A stretch of 59,316 nucleotides of DNA, the filler included, from Sphacelaria rigidula (taxonomy: Eukaryota): assembly GCA_964200075.2 (NCBI GenBank). It is 6 parts of 6 records of this genome, joined end to end, with 100 filler letters (N's around TTAATTAATTAA, not from the genome) between each part and the next. Parts side by side here need not be neighbours in the genome. Positions count along the whole stretch, not along the records: positions 1 to 9,803 come from CAXNAA020007727.1; positions 9,904 to 19,706 come from CAXNAA020007728.1; 4 more parts are not named here. The stretch is one strand, 5' to 3'. Both the position numbers and the translations under genes were made by a program. Shown here one piece after another: positions 1 through 12,686 of the stretch. How positions within the stretch are numbered: the stretch's first letter is position 1; each line of letters begins with the position of its first letter. The notes below the pieces were generated by a model. It was not told where the DNA came from and did no database searches. It saw only the letters and a list, made by a program, of their open reading frames with translations.

Positions 1-60
1 GCAAATGTGAAAGGATGTCTGACACACTTATGAGCCTCTTTTTTCGTGCAACCAAATACC

Positions 61-102
61 CCCCCCTACGCCCCCCCACCCCCCCCTGTCGTAGGATGAC
101 TC
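61..102 (-). repeat. Terminus of the GAGTCATCCTACGATAG(G)n TIR-element family
   Basis: CCCCCTGTCGTAGGATGACTC is the reverse complement (1 mismatch) of the family terminus seen at 9721 and 19642, with a close variant at 58411. Confidence 0.75.
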
Positions 103-147
103 ATTCGTAGACAATCCATTCCAAACTGAGTACAACGATTGAGGTTG

Positions 148-819
148 CTAGCTGCCTAGGACTGATGCGTGGGCTGTGGTCGTCAGCCCACCCATGCCTA
201 AAGCCGGTGTTTCTCTCAGTGAAAAGGGCGTGTAGAGACCTCTATGTCCGTTCCTGCTTATGAAATATACAATGTCTTCGGTGGGGTCGGTGATACGTCC
301 CATGGGGGATTCATCGATAGGTTGAGCTGGTGTGGGCAAGCGTGAGAGGAAGTCGGCGTTTGCATTCTGGGGACCTGTGCGATACTTCAGTTGAAAGTTG
401 TAAGACGACAGGATTTCGAACCAGCGTTGGACCCTAGCGTTGTGTTCCGCCATTTTGGCAAGGCTTTACAAAGACTTGTGATCGGTATAAATAAAAAACG
501 GGATGTCATAAAAATACTGACGCAGACGTCGCACGCCCCAAACAACTGCGCCGGCCTCTTGTTCCATGACAGACCAATTCTGTTCATTCGGAAAAGTGGT
601 GCGGCTCAGATAGACAATGGGACGAACAGTAGCATCGACTTGATCCTGTTCTAAGAAGCAGTCAAACCCAACTTTGGAAGAATCTGTGTAGAGTTGGAAA
701 GGGCGGGAACCCTGCTCCGCGGCCGACCAGTCGGGGAAGACGAGAATCGGCGGGCGCGAAAGGGTGTCAAGAAGACGGCGGACGGTTTTTTCCATTTCCA
801 TTGTGAACACAAATTTCAC
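148..819 (-). pseudogene. Gypsy RNase H domain and downstream linker (disrupted)
   Basis: FQLYTDSS, PIVYLSR, NWSVMEQEAGAVVW and YTDHKSL, then RVQRWFEILSSYNFQLKYRTGPQNANADFLSR in the next ORF fragment. Confidence 0.93.
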
Positions 820-848
820 CCTTTTTTTGAGGAGGGTGGTGAGGGGTT

Positions 849-1600
849 TCAGCGTTTGGGCAAGTTTGGCAAGTACTGTCTGTAGTAGCTTAGACCTCCC
901 AACAAGGAACGCAGTTGAGAAATGTCCCGTGACATGGGCATATCGGAGAGTGCGGCGACCTTGTCAAGGTTTGGGCTACGACCTGCGGGGGTGATGCAAT
1001 GACCCAAGAACTCAATCTTCGTGGCGCCAATGCAGGATTTGGAGGGTGCAAGTTTCAAGTTGTGTTGTTCAAACCGATTGAAGAATGATGCCAACTGTTC
1101 GACGTGTTCAGCCGGTGTGGAGTTGTGGCACACTGCATCATCAAGGTACATACGACATTTGGGCAATCCATCAGTTACACGGAACATTACACGTTGAAAC
1201 GCACCTGGAGCTCCGGCGGCACCTTGTGGTGTAACCAGCCACTCGTATAAACCTGATGGCGTGCAAAACACTGTCAGTTCAATGGAATTTGGATCCATCA
1301 CGAGCTGGTGGTACCCAGACTGCATGTCAAAGTTCGAAAATACTTTACCCAGCCATAAGAGTCAATAATTTCATCAATCCGTGGAAGTGGCAGCCGGGCG
1401 ATTTTGGTGACAGCGTTCAATCGTTGATAATTGACCGTCAGTCTGATTCTTCCATTCTTCTTACGGACGACTACTAAAGGCGAGGCTCACGGAGACGCCG
1501 AATGCCGAATCAAACCGGCAGATAAGTAACCATCAAGAATTACCTGGATCTTATCCGCTAAGAGGAGGTTCGTACGGTACGGACGCATAGCGATAGGCGG
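849..1600 (-). pseudogene. Gypsy reverse transcriptase domain (disrupted)
   Basis: YLDD catalytic motif, SGYHQ, PQG..GAP..FQR, K.EFLGH and LRSLLG..SYYR. Split by stops between ORFs 1487-2575 and 849-1325. Confidence 0.95.
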
Positions 1601-4600
1601 AGTGCCATCAGGAATCTTGATCTTGAACGGTGTCGTGGTATATCGACCTACATCGAAGGGTACAGTAGAAAACCGTTCAGAGTATCCGATCAAGATGGGT
1701 TTCAATCTATCGATTACAGTGGGTGTCCAACCATCGCCAGATAGATCAAAAACAATATGCCGTAAGTGAGGGGGGATGTCATCCCACAACTCTTGAAAGC
1801 TGGCGCGTTGTTCTGAAGAAAATCTATCCAGTAATGCAGTCGGGGGTTGAGGGTCAGGCGCATCCGGTGGATTTGTCACCACCATGGGGTCAGGCATGTG
1901 TAGCGGAGGGGGGGCAGTGGATTTCGGGGGGTCGGTCGGCGAGTTGTTGTTCGCCGGGGGGCACACATCTGACAGGGCGGTTCGTATGAGAGGCGCTTGA
2001 GCATAGCCCAACAACTGAGCGTTGAGAATATCGAAACATGCAGGGGACGTGAGGTAAATGGCCTGCCTACCTTCATGGACAAAACCTTCGGTCTGTTCAA
2101 ACGTACCAACCTGTGCTTGGTCATGTTTGAGCAACTCGACCAAATAATGTCCTGTGAGGGCGGGCGATCCATTGCGTCTCACGAGCTTCACTTGGATTAG
2201 TTGGGGTTCACGAAAAAGCGAGATTGCCGGTTCACCAACATAGTACAGGCGGAAAGCATTACTTGTTCTCGTGGGGTCATCCTCATAAGCATGAGCTCCC
2301 GAATCAGTGTCGAAGTGACCCAGTGACAGTTTGCCCGTGACTGGACGGTTCGGGACAGGTGTGTCCGTCGTATACGTATGTGTGGAAAAACGAAGCCAAC
2401 TATCTCGATCGAACAAAACATCAAGATACATGGAACCGTCGGGCACAATTAGTGCCCATACGGACAACCGAGCAGTGGGAGTAGTATCCTGGTAGAATTG
2501 TACACTTAGTCTCACCGATTGATTGGCCGTAAGATATGTGGAGGAACTAAAGCCACCGAAGACACGGGGGTGCACGGTGGACAGACAATGCTCGTCCGCC
2601 GCGCCCGCGTTGATAATCTGTTACCAGCAGCTTGCTGTGACGAACGTTTGAGGCGAACCAGAAATTGGTAGTGCAAGAGCTATCAAATGACAGTTTGCAC
2701 GCGCTCCACTATGTAAACCTATCTTGGTCGTAAAAGAAGCATCATCCAGAGTTACAGTACCACTGACGAGGTCGGGCCCGAATTTGGGTAAGACGTCTGA
2801 CAAATCCTGCTTTGCGTTTTGAACGAAGGTGCTAGAATACACGCGTTGATGATCCTGCGGGACAAGCTTTTGCTCGGAAGGATGGTGCGTGCAGGGAGTG
2901 TCAGTGTTTGTGCCTGAAATATTTGTCTCATCAGTCGAGGGTTGAATCTCATATAATGCAACGGAGGGGCGATGCCGAGGAAGGGCAGTTGTTGTTGTTG
3001 GACCCGACAACTGATCTGTGCGTGGTGTTTCACCCTTATTGGCCAACAGAGGGGGTGAATCGTCATTGTGCAAAGCGGGATCAATTACATTATCCAGCTT
3101 GGTCGGAACAGGGGGCGATTCATCGGGGCGCGGTGTTGAGTTTGATACGCCAATCAACTCAATACCATCACTAGTTAGGGCCAACATGGAAGGTTTCGGA
3201 GACGATTCGTCAGAACGCGGGGTTGGTAAAGCTGTACTGTTCAACCCGGCGTCCATTAATGGGTCAACGTGGGCGAGTTAGGAGACGAGTCGTCTTGCGT
3301 AACACTTTGTTTGCCTGGTGACGAACACACGATCGAGGTGCCTTTATGACTAGGATGCGAACGTCCATGAGTCGGCGAAGTCTCTGTCCCTACAGACGGC
3401 AACGCTTCATCGGAAATGGGTTCTAACGCAGTGCACGCGGGGTGGCCAGATAGCAGTAATGATCTGTTCGAAATCTGGGAAGTACCGGCCGGTTCCACTC
3501 GAAGGTTTTCATCTGTCTGAGCCCACACGCAATCTCCTCCTTGGAGTTCACGTGCGCTTGCTACATCAGGATTATTTACATGATCATCTGGAGGAGCCCG
3601 TCTCTGGTGACGCGTGTAGCGCACGAAAGGATCGGCGGCTCCAGGAGCTATCGAAATGAGTTCTTGGACAGTCGAACCTAGGTCACGCTCTTGGCGCACC
3701 ACCTGAGTCGCTGTCACTTGGGGTGCCATTTCAACCCGCTGAGCGACGGAAAGCGTGGGTTCTTTGCGGTTGCGACCCTTCAAGGAATGGATACGCTCAT
3801 CAAATAAAAGGGAACCGGGTACCGTAGTTTTTGCGGAACTCGGTAGGGTGGTTAGCCGGGGACTTGAGCGGTTGGGGAGTGCTTGAGTGTGTGGCTTTGA
3901 ATTTTGTGTTCTCCTATGAACGGTCGGAGCAGCAGTGTCCATCGTATCAGAAGATATTTCGGCTCCTGACGCGTGAGAAACTGCACTAAATGACTTCCTC
4001 TCCCTCGAAGGGAGGGGATTCGAATATTATTAGTACCTGGTGAGTGTAAAACTGGGTGATCAACTCCAGGGTTAAAGCGTTGGGTTTGGTCACTGCTCAA
4101 TTGATAGCCATGCAACGGTGCACGGGCTTCGATTGTCTTGGAACCCTTCAAGGCAGTGTTAGCATATCCAGGGAACCAACCCCACATGGTTGAACCCGCG
4201 GTGGCCACCGCTGATTCGTGCGTGTGATGTGTGTGACCTGGCCGAGCGAAAAATAATGATGGCATAAAATTGTTGGAAACTTCTGCGGTGAATTACCGGT
4301 CACTGTTTATTTCTGATTGTGGGATTGTACCGACTGATGAGAAATGAACTACAGAAGTAGAAAATAAACAGGCAGGTGGCGGCGCTTATGTGTTGGGCTA
4401 AGCAACGCGTCCTAGGTCACCCCACTAAATGCTATTTGAATATCCGGAACTTGTAGAACGTTCCCAAAAGGTTGTCAATTTGTGAGGTGAGCATCAGTGT
4501 TGTGTGGGTACCGCCCTGGCGGGGTTCAGCCGCGGCACTAGGTCCACTTCATGTGAAACGTCGCCCGTTTTGTGAATGGGCCGGTGCATGTGATTGAAAG

Positions 4601-7600
4601 TGTGCCGGGTCAGGTGGGTCAGGCGGTGAATCAGCTGTCGCTTCTGGGGTGGAGCAGGCGACCGTACGAACGCAGTTGTGATTACCAGACTTGCCAACAT
4701 AGTCCAAAATGACGCGAAGCTTTCGAGAGTATTTTCGTCAACAGCTTATACTCTTTCTCCGCAATTTCCAGAGCCTTCGTGGATTCGCGGATGGCGCGTT
4801 CTAGTTTATTCTGTTCCGTTGGCTTTTTCTCGGAGTGGACATCTACATTATGGGAGACCTGAGCGCGCTCCTGGACACTTGTAGATACCTGTAGGCGGGC
4901 AAACTCCAACTCTCTGTGCTCAAGTTCAATGTGTGCTAGATCGTTGCTGCGGATCTGATTTCAGCACGCTGTCTGTTCGGCCTCTGATAAGTTGTACCAA
5001 TGACGCGTGGGAATGAAGGCTGGACGCTTTTGCCGAAGCCGGTCGTGTGTTTCGTCATGCGTGGGCAGGTATTGTTCCAATTTGGGCGACGTATCAAAAG
5101 CCAGAGTGGGGCGATCAGAGGGTTCAGCACCGGTTTGGGTGCGGAAGTCATCGTCAGGAAAGGTTTTCGTAGCATCAGGGCTCACGTGGAGTGATTCCAC
5201 CTGAGAAAGAAGAGTGGGAACACCATCAGCGTTTTGAGTGGCTGGTCGGTGTACAGAGGAGTGGGCACCAACGGGGTTAGGGTGAGCATGTGGAGGGGGA
5301 TTGTCTTCATCCACACTCACGTCCCTAAAAATACGTCCTGCAATGACGCTATCATCAACGTCACAACGTTCTGGTTCAATTTTGTCACTCGTCTCACTAC
5401 GCGTGGTGGATTTGTACGGTTGTTCACCATTGTCTGTAGAGAGCGACCCGTCCTTCGTGACATCGTGCTCCGATGAAGTCGAAGGGCGGTTGATATCAGA
5501 CATGGCTTGTACACCTACGCGATTACGCCAGATCGTTAACGTAAGGATGCGGGGGTTGAAAAGTGAACGTTTCGTCGTGGGAGACAGCATAGTTGTTGAG
5601 GACTGACGCGGAGCGAACAAAATAAAAGAAATAGAGTGGCAGGGTACTGTTGACAGTTTTCGATCGACATGTAGGTCCGCGCACTCCGCACATGTAGCGG
5701 TCTATCACCTTTTAAATCAGGTGCAGACGAAAGGAAAACAAAAAATGTCGAAGGCACACAACAAACCGTATGTGTGTGAGTGTTGATGGACAAAGTAACA
5801 GCAAAGAGACAAGGAAGAAGACAAAGGTTGTCAAAATCAACAGACATACAGTGACTGTCATCAGCGCAACAGCGCATTGGACAAACCTGCATGCCATGAA
5901 GGGATATACGTGTGGAACGCAGCGAACCGCAACCTCAAACCGCTCAGTTCTGTTGTGAGAACATGTTGAGGTTGAGATAAAAAAAACACAACTATCGGAT
6001 GCCGTATCGTATTTCCAGAGGCAATATCAGCGCAGCTGGCGATACTCATGTAACAGCACCGCCTAGTTAACTGTAAATAGCCGAGTTGGGGTCTCGACCG
6101 CGTATCATCGTGCAGGTAGAGTGATAAATGTACAAGCACAATCGTAATACAACTGAATAGGGCAGTACAGACAGCGACGTATGAAGCACCAGACAGCAAA
6201 ATGCACGGTGGCACACTATAGTACATATGATCTTCGCGTGGGGTAGCGGAGGGTCGGGTCAATGGTGCTGTGCCGACGTCAATTCGTTCGTATTACACGA
6301 AGAACACCCGACCCCCGCTATATCCGCGCCGTATTCATATCTACAATGCAATATAGATGGTTTCGTTCAGATAGTGCAGCAGTACCGACGTATGTACAGC
6401 ACGATACCTCGCCGTCAGCAATATATTGCCCGCCGAGACCATTTGGAACTCAGACGGTACTGTACTGTGGTCAGTACTTCAATTCGGAACAATATTTCAA
6501 CGCGAAAGGTACGCGGCCTTCTGGGCGATCAAGTGTGTACTGTAGTGCGTGTTGGTGGGGCGTCAATCAAACTTCAGTGTGCCCTGGTGCCGTGTGAAGT
6601 GAAAAGGGTACAGAGTCGAGAGCTTGTGTACAAGTAACATGAGCCTCGCGCGTCGACGTGTTCAATCATGCTCGTGTACAGATAACATTCTTCGTCCTGG
6701 CCCATCATATCGCATCGATATAGTTCGGTGCGCATGGTGGCTCAACGTTCCGTGTTTGGGCAAGAAGCGTCGTACGCACAGCGGGCGGCGATTGAAATAG
6801 CCCGCGTACTCCCTACCTGCAAGCATGAATCGGCGTGTGTTGAGACATATGTCGGTCGATTCGGTTGATACAGAATCGACGGACTGTGAGCAGGGGCGCT
6901 TGCGGGGGCAGGTGGTCGGGGGGGCGTTGAAAAAGCTACGGGCCTGTGAGGGGCGTATCTAAACAAGGAACGTGTGAGCGGCTGTATTTTCAGAGAACCG
7001 CCTGTGGGTGATAAAGGACACAGCACGTCAGATTGAGTGTGCATGAAAATGCGATGTGTTCTCTGTGCAGTGTATAACGTTACCAGTGAGAAAGCATCCG
7101 CCACAGTGGGTTGGCTTGAACCGTCGATATGACCTGCAGGTTGCGGGGAATGTGCTTGTGCAGCAAAAGAGGGCTTGCGTGTTCGCTGGTACCTGAAGCG
7201 CCTCATGGTTCGGTCGCCATTGCCTGAGACGAACATAAGTACTGTATGGCACATCGAAGACCTCAAGCTAGACCCGAGTCGGAGGGTTCGTCAACTCGAA
7301 GTAGAAAAGAAGGCAGCTGCCTTTTGAAAAAAAAAGTCAGCTGATCACCCGATGAAAGGTGTACACAAAATCAAGTGAAAATCAAAGACCGAAAATACAG
7401 GACTTAAAAAAACAAACAAACGAAAGCTTGTGGTTGGCTGATGCGTGCACAGTACATGGCAAGAGAGAAACCGTACAGGTTGAGGTCACAAGCTACCTCT
7501 GAAGCCCCACAATGTGGTGGTATAGGCAACACCGCAAGCAGTAAAACCGTATACGCCGAACGAAAACAAGCCACACCCTCGTGAGGTGTCAACAAGCGAT

Positions 7601-8430
7601 CCTGGTTCGACTTGCTACACTCAAGCTGTTGTTTCAATCTCTCAATCCAATAGCACAGCTGTCAAAGGGGGAAACCACACAGCCCCAAAGCCAGAAAACA
7701 AGTAATGATTGTGGATGAGGGTAGAAGTACAGCACAACTTAGACTCACGTCAATGCTGTGGCTCGCGACCGTGGAGGCGGAGAGACCGAGGATGGTAGGT
7801 GATGGGAAAAAGCTCTTCCTTTTCCAATAGGTGCTCGTAGGCTGCGGTCGATGTGTTCGAGTGAGACAGGTGGGTAGAACAGCTGGGGGCAGTTGTTCTA
7901 TCGGTCTGTCCGTCCGCCCCGCTTACAACCTCGTCATAATACAAAATCACCGTGACGTGCTGTGCCTTTAGTCAAACAACGCTGTAGTAGCAGCAGGTAC
8001 ACGCTGCTAATCGCGTACAATCTATCTACCTTCAACCAGCTGCGTCAACAGTAAAAAAACAGTCCAAATCCTGCCTTACCACAACTCACATTCGACAAGA
8101 ATCTTTCCATACCCGTCGGTCGTTTCTGGGGATCAACTACATCCCCCTAAGAACTAGTTTGATTCAGGCACTCAGTCATTTACCATCACACCGGTGGGAG
8201 TTGAGATGCAATGTGCCCGTGCTATGCCTTTTGCGAACGAATTACACCCGTGCCGTGTCTTTCGAGAATTTCCGTTAAAAAAGAAAACCTCGAAGGACGA
8301 GCACGGCGCCTCAACTACTCACGGTGCTATCAACTATTTCGATCCGGTTTCGAGAAGGATGTCCGTAAGTGATGGAAGAAGACTTCCACGTTCCAAGAGG
8401 GGATTTTCTTGTCGTGCTCTGTTCATCCTC

Positions 8431-8895
8431 ACTTCCAAATAGCAGCCGATCATCGAAATTGAGGATGGTTCTTTTCATTAAGGATGAGAACCCGAAGGAT
8501 TAAACTCTTCACATCCACACCAAATCTTCAAAATATGGTTCCACTTCTTCACCTACTAGTAGCTATTGACAACCGCTGCATACCCTACAAGTTTGTATTT
8601 TGATAACCGAAATGTTGGGGCCCTACATGAAAACCAATTTAGGGGTATCTAGGTGATCCGATCGGATCGCCGAAATTCCCCTAAACTGGTTTTTCACCTA
8701 GGACCCCAACATTTCGGTTATCGAAATCCAATTTTTTATGGCGTGTAGTACTTGTCAATAGCTACTGGTAAGTGAAGGAATGGAACCAAATTTCGAAGAT
8801 TTGGTGTGGATACGAAGATTTCGACCCTCCGAGTTCTCATCCTCGATGAAAAGCTCCATCCTCAATGTCGATGTTCGGCTGTTAAATGTGAAAGT
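8431..8895. repeat. ~465-bp loopless imperfect palindrome (foldback element or long hairpin)
   Basis: Two ~230-bp arms are centred on the perfect palindrome GATCCGA|TCGGATC (8655-8668). For example, GATAACCGAAATGTTGGGG pairs with CCCCAACATTTCGGTTATC, and ATCCACACCAAATCTTC pairs with GAAGATTTGGTGTGGAT. Confidence 0.95.
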
Positions 8896-8906
8896 AGTCT
8901 AACTCT

Positions 8907-9300
8907 GAGTCATCCTGCGATAGAGGGACGGTACTTTTCAAGGATCAGACGAATTAATGATTCGCCTGGAATTTTCTTGACTTTAGTGTGATTGATTCCT
9001 AGTACGAATCAATCCTTGAGCTTTGTTTTCAGCGTTGCAACTCGGGTACGCGCAGCCCAGGCACATGGAATGGCGCAAACATGGCGTGGAGACCTTTTTG
9101 ACCAGCGATCAACTTTTTTTCTCTCTTTCGAGCAATCAGGCCTGAACCGTCGTACATTTGGTGATTCGAACCGGCGATGATTCGTTCGAACCGTGGCATT
9201 TTTGGCCACTTTTTGCTCGAAATTCTCAGTCAAATCGTCTTTGAAAGCAGCAACGCTTGTTCGAACGAGTTTGTTATCGATAAATAGCGCTTGTGACGAA
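8907..9300 (+). repeat. Diverged member of the GAGTCATC family
   Basis: Starts GAGTCATCCTGCGATAGAGGG. Segment 9195-9290 resembles 19670-19706 and 58440-58530 (GAAAGCAGCAACGCTTGTTCGAACG...CGATAAATAGCGC). The end is approximate. Confidence 0.6.
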
Positions 9301-9720
9301 ATCACACCTTCGCGTTGAGTACATGGTGATTGGATGATGACTTGGGATCTGTAGTGATGAGATGGATCATGACATGGACACGAGGGTGTTACTCTGATGT
9401 GATTTATGGAGCGTATGTGCCCGCAAGGCACTCCAGGAATGGTTAGGTGTTGTGAAGGCTGACAACTGAGACCTTGAGGCTAGTGGAACTGGGGAGTCCC
9501 TTCACAGCATTTAGACGCTGTAGTACTAGCGACCTGCTGCCGTCACAATATCGATATTAGTGCTAGTGCTAGGCGTGCTAGTTGGTGCTATCGTTTGAGA
9601 CTGCTGAAACATTTTCAGCAGGGAGAGTCTGGACAGCTTATGATTAGTTTCGGGCATAGAGCTTCACGGACACGTGAGGAGGTTTCAACTTGAGTTAGCT
9701 GCAAAGGCGGCTGGCCCGTG

Positions 9721-9803
9721 GAGTCATCCTACGATAGGGGGGGCGTACTCATTTGTTGCTTGCCTTAGTCCTACGATAGGGGGGGGGGTATTCGGTTGCA
9801 CGA
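9721..9803 (+). repeat. GAGTCATCCTACGATAG(G)n element end at a contig break
   Basis: GAGTCATCCTACGATAGGGGGGGCGTACTCATTTGTTGC is followed by a second CTACGATAG(G)n and runs into the linker. Confidence 0.8.
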
Positions 9804-9903
9804 NNNNNNNNNNNNNNNNNNNNNNNNNNNNNNNNNNNNNNNNNNNNTTAATTAATTAANNNNNNNNNNNNNNNNNNNNNNNNNNNNNNNNNNNNNNNNN
9901 NNN
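9804..9903. other. Artificial contig linker (44N-TTAATTAATTAA-44N)
   Basis: Identical 100-bp spacer with stop codons in all six frames, recurring about every 9.9 kb. Confidence 0.99.
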
Positions 9904-12259
9904 CAATTTAAAAAATAAAGAAGTAAAATCAAGATGAGGCAAAAGAGAAATGTTCATTTTTCCTCGAAACCCCCCCCCAAAAAAAAAAAAAAATGTTAAA
10001 AGCTGTTTTTTTAGCTTTTTTATGCACCATCTGTTCTCCATACCAAATTTCATAGCACAACTGTCAAAACCTGAGACGCGATATCCAGATTTAGGGCATC
10101 TAGTGCCTCTGATCGTAGTATATTGGTTTTAGTATGAAACCTCATGTGCGCCATATCTCGAGATGGATTACGAATCGGGTGAAGTTGAAGGTATCTATCG
10201 TCTCCCCGTGCTCTAGGGAGGGTCCACACAAAAAATCGTCACCATCCGGCGAATGCATCGTTCGGGTTTTCATATAGATTTTGGTATGGACGCTATCTCC
10301 GCTAGGTATTGAAATTACTAGTATAGACATGAGGTTTAATCAACGATAAAAAAATTGGCCCAGATTTCTGAGCAGATGGGCACCTTCCCCTTGGAAAGAT
10401 GATCAATACGATATGCGGATCATGGCCCAACTCGTCTATGCCGATGAGATATTGCTTCCAGAGCTTAAATCCGTTTTTAGGCTGGCCCAGCTCGTAAGAG
10501 TATTGCGCAATTTGCAGCAGGTCATGTATTCCATACTATGCGCAGTACATTTTTTGGCATTACATACTGACTGTAGAAATATTTTTTCCTGGAGGTGGCA
10601 CATTTCCACAAATGAAATTACGCGACGAGTTCGTGAAATATCCGCAACATGTGGGCGAAGTGCAAGTAGGGCAATCGCCACAATATTCACGTGCAAACTA
10701 CCCCCAGCACACTGTAAGTTGACACCGCTAGAAGAACACCACCGCAACCATCTTACTGACTGCCAGACTGTCAGCACGCTGTATCCGTTAGCATTCGTAC
10801 TGTCTGTAAGGGTACGTTGCCCCCTTGCCAGGTACGCCGCCAAGGGTCTGTAGCAGAACGCAGTGATGGCGCGAGAGTGGCTCAACGTTGACCAGTCGAG
10901 CGACTTGGAAGGGAAACGTTCAGCCCCCAACCCTCAGACATATAACAGACCCTAGAAATACTTCTGTGCCGGGTTTCTTCGAGCGTTCATCCGTGATTGG
11001 AAGAAGATTTATGGTGAGGCCGGCAGGATCCGTTGCGGCCTGGGCGTCCGGCCGATACCCAGTACAATCGTCATCAGGCAGGAAGTGTTGGAAACAAAAT
11101 GTACTGCTACCGCTCGTATCCACCGTTTCGAGGCGGACCGGGCCCTCAGCGCCTTGCGCAGCTATAGATGTGGCTGACACCTTGCTGTAATACCAATCTA
11201 CACATCCTCCACGTTTTGGCGTCATTCCAAGCGAGGTGCGGATTATCTTGATGCCTAATCTTGAAAAACATCGCCTTCATGTTATTGAAAAGGAATAACA
11301 CTGAACCAGGATTTCCGGACACCTCGAAGGGGAACATACATGTCCTGTTGACTGGGGCATATGCAAAGGCTCGCAACAAACCCCAACATAATCAGAGCTG
11401 AACTCGAGGAACTTGGTGCTCCCGCAAAACACACAGCCCGAGTTGGAGCTACTCGTCGGCTGAGCACGTCGTGCGTAACCGTGCTCAAACCGGTTCAGAG
11501 TTCAATGAGAAATGATGGTTAGTGTGAGACGCGCGCACAGCACACGCACTTGAACGCTCAGCAGTAACACGTTTCCGATTGGAATACGACGCGCACGCGG
11601 GCGCTATTCCTCCAACACAGAACGGATTTCCGGCAAAGACTTCCGCGTGTAGGATGGCAAGGGCTACCGCTGGAACTGATACGCGTGAGTGGTGGGTGTC
11701 TGCATGTTCTTGCGGGAATGGCTGCAACAATGTTTTCGTCAGAGTGAGAGTCTAGGATACATTTGAGCGTGAAAAGCGCTCAATCAATTAATGATAATAT
11801 TTTCGGTTCCGAAATGCCCCTCCTGGCCTTACACGAGGCCCCATACGCTTCCTGTATAGCAACTTGCTACTGAAGCCTTTGATATCCCTTAGTATGGTGT
11901 AGCTGTGAGCACACGACATTGTTATAGGCAAAGACAACCACCAACGAAATGAAAAATTGGTCAAGTTTGAGCGAATGATAAAACTCACTCTTAATCAATG
12001 CTAGATTCTCAATGTCATGAAAAAAATGTTTCGTTTAGGCGTTGTATTGCCTTGTTGCATCTTTTCTGTAATAGTAAAGAGCTGGTGGACTAACGACCAC
12101 TTCTAGGACCGCCGCATTCCTGAACCTGTGTGCAGATGTGGGACTCGATCTGTACAAAACCGCTTCTCGGTAAGACTCAAGGCTGGTCGTTGTGGGAGCA
12201 ATCCCCGTTCAAAAGTGGATTTTGAAAAAGGGCAAATTCCCTTCGATAAGACCAACTTT

Positions 12260-12686
12260 AATGGGAGCCTTTCAAATATCCTGTTGAAAATTGCCTTTTG
12301 GGCCCTGATGTTGACACGTTAGAATCACTTGCTCTACTCTTCAAGACCGTTCCCGGGCAACCCTACATTTCCCGCTGGGCACAGTTTTATATTTGGCCAA
12401 ACTTACATTTCAACGAAAAACGGTGAAGTGATGAAAAAAAAGGGGGGGGTATCTGCCAATATTGTCATCACCTGACCGTTTTTTTATTGAAAATGCAAGT
12501 TTGGTCAAAAACAAAACTGCGGCCAACGGGCACAACGCAAAGTTGCCCTGAAACTGTCTCCACAAGTAGAGCAAGTTATTCCAAGGCTTTAACACCCACC
12601 TATTATTAGCTTCCTTTTTGGGCGTAAAACGACGGAGAAGGGCCCAAGAGGCAATTTTCAACAGGATTTTTGAAAGGCTCGCATTA
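12260..12686. repeat. Foldback element with ~165-200-bp diverged inverted arms; third arm copy at ~13920-14090
   Basis: GAGCCTTTCAAATATCCTGTTGAAAATTGCC (12265) pairs with GGCAATTTTCAACAGGATTTTTGAAAGGCTC (12650-12680). A similar arm starting GAAAATTGCCTTTTTGG occurs at 13921. Confidence 0.8.

Larger units (their letters stand above)
148..5620 (-). mobile_element. Degenerate Ty3/Gypsy LTR retrotransposon (gag-like, protease remnant, RT, RNase H); integrase and 3' LTR not present in the contig
   Basis: Minus-strand ORF fragments lie in Gypsy order: gag-like (4682-5620), degenerate protease (ALPISGSPQTF ~2640-2690, D of DSG lost), RT (PIAMRPYR...DMQSGYHQ...TPSGLYEW..PQGAAGAPGAFQR...YLDD...FLGH) and RNase H (LYTDSS...EQEAGAVVWG...YTDHKSL). 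Multiple stops and frameshifts are present. The 5' boundary is approximate. Confidence 0.92.

Noticed and set aside
7749-7841. Isolated 93-nt minus-strand exon candidate (cag...gtgagt)
   Set aside because: Splice signals are good, but there is no recognisable peptide or partner exon.
9848-9859. Regularly spaced TTAATTAATTAA as a biological repeat or CRISPR-like array
   Set aside because: It is embedded in fixed N runs and is an artificial six-frame-stop linker.
10413-10853. LVYADEILL as a LINE RT YADD-like motif
   Set aside because: No other RT motifs are present, and the DNA shares non-coding repeat motifs (GCTGGCCCAGCTCG, AAAATGTACTGC) with 15400-16000.
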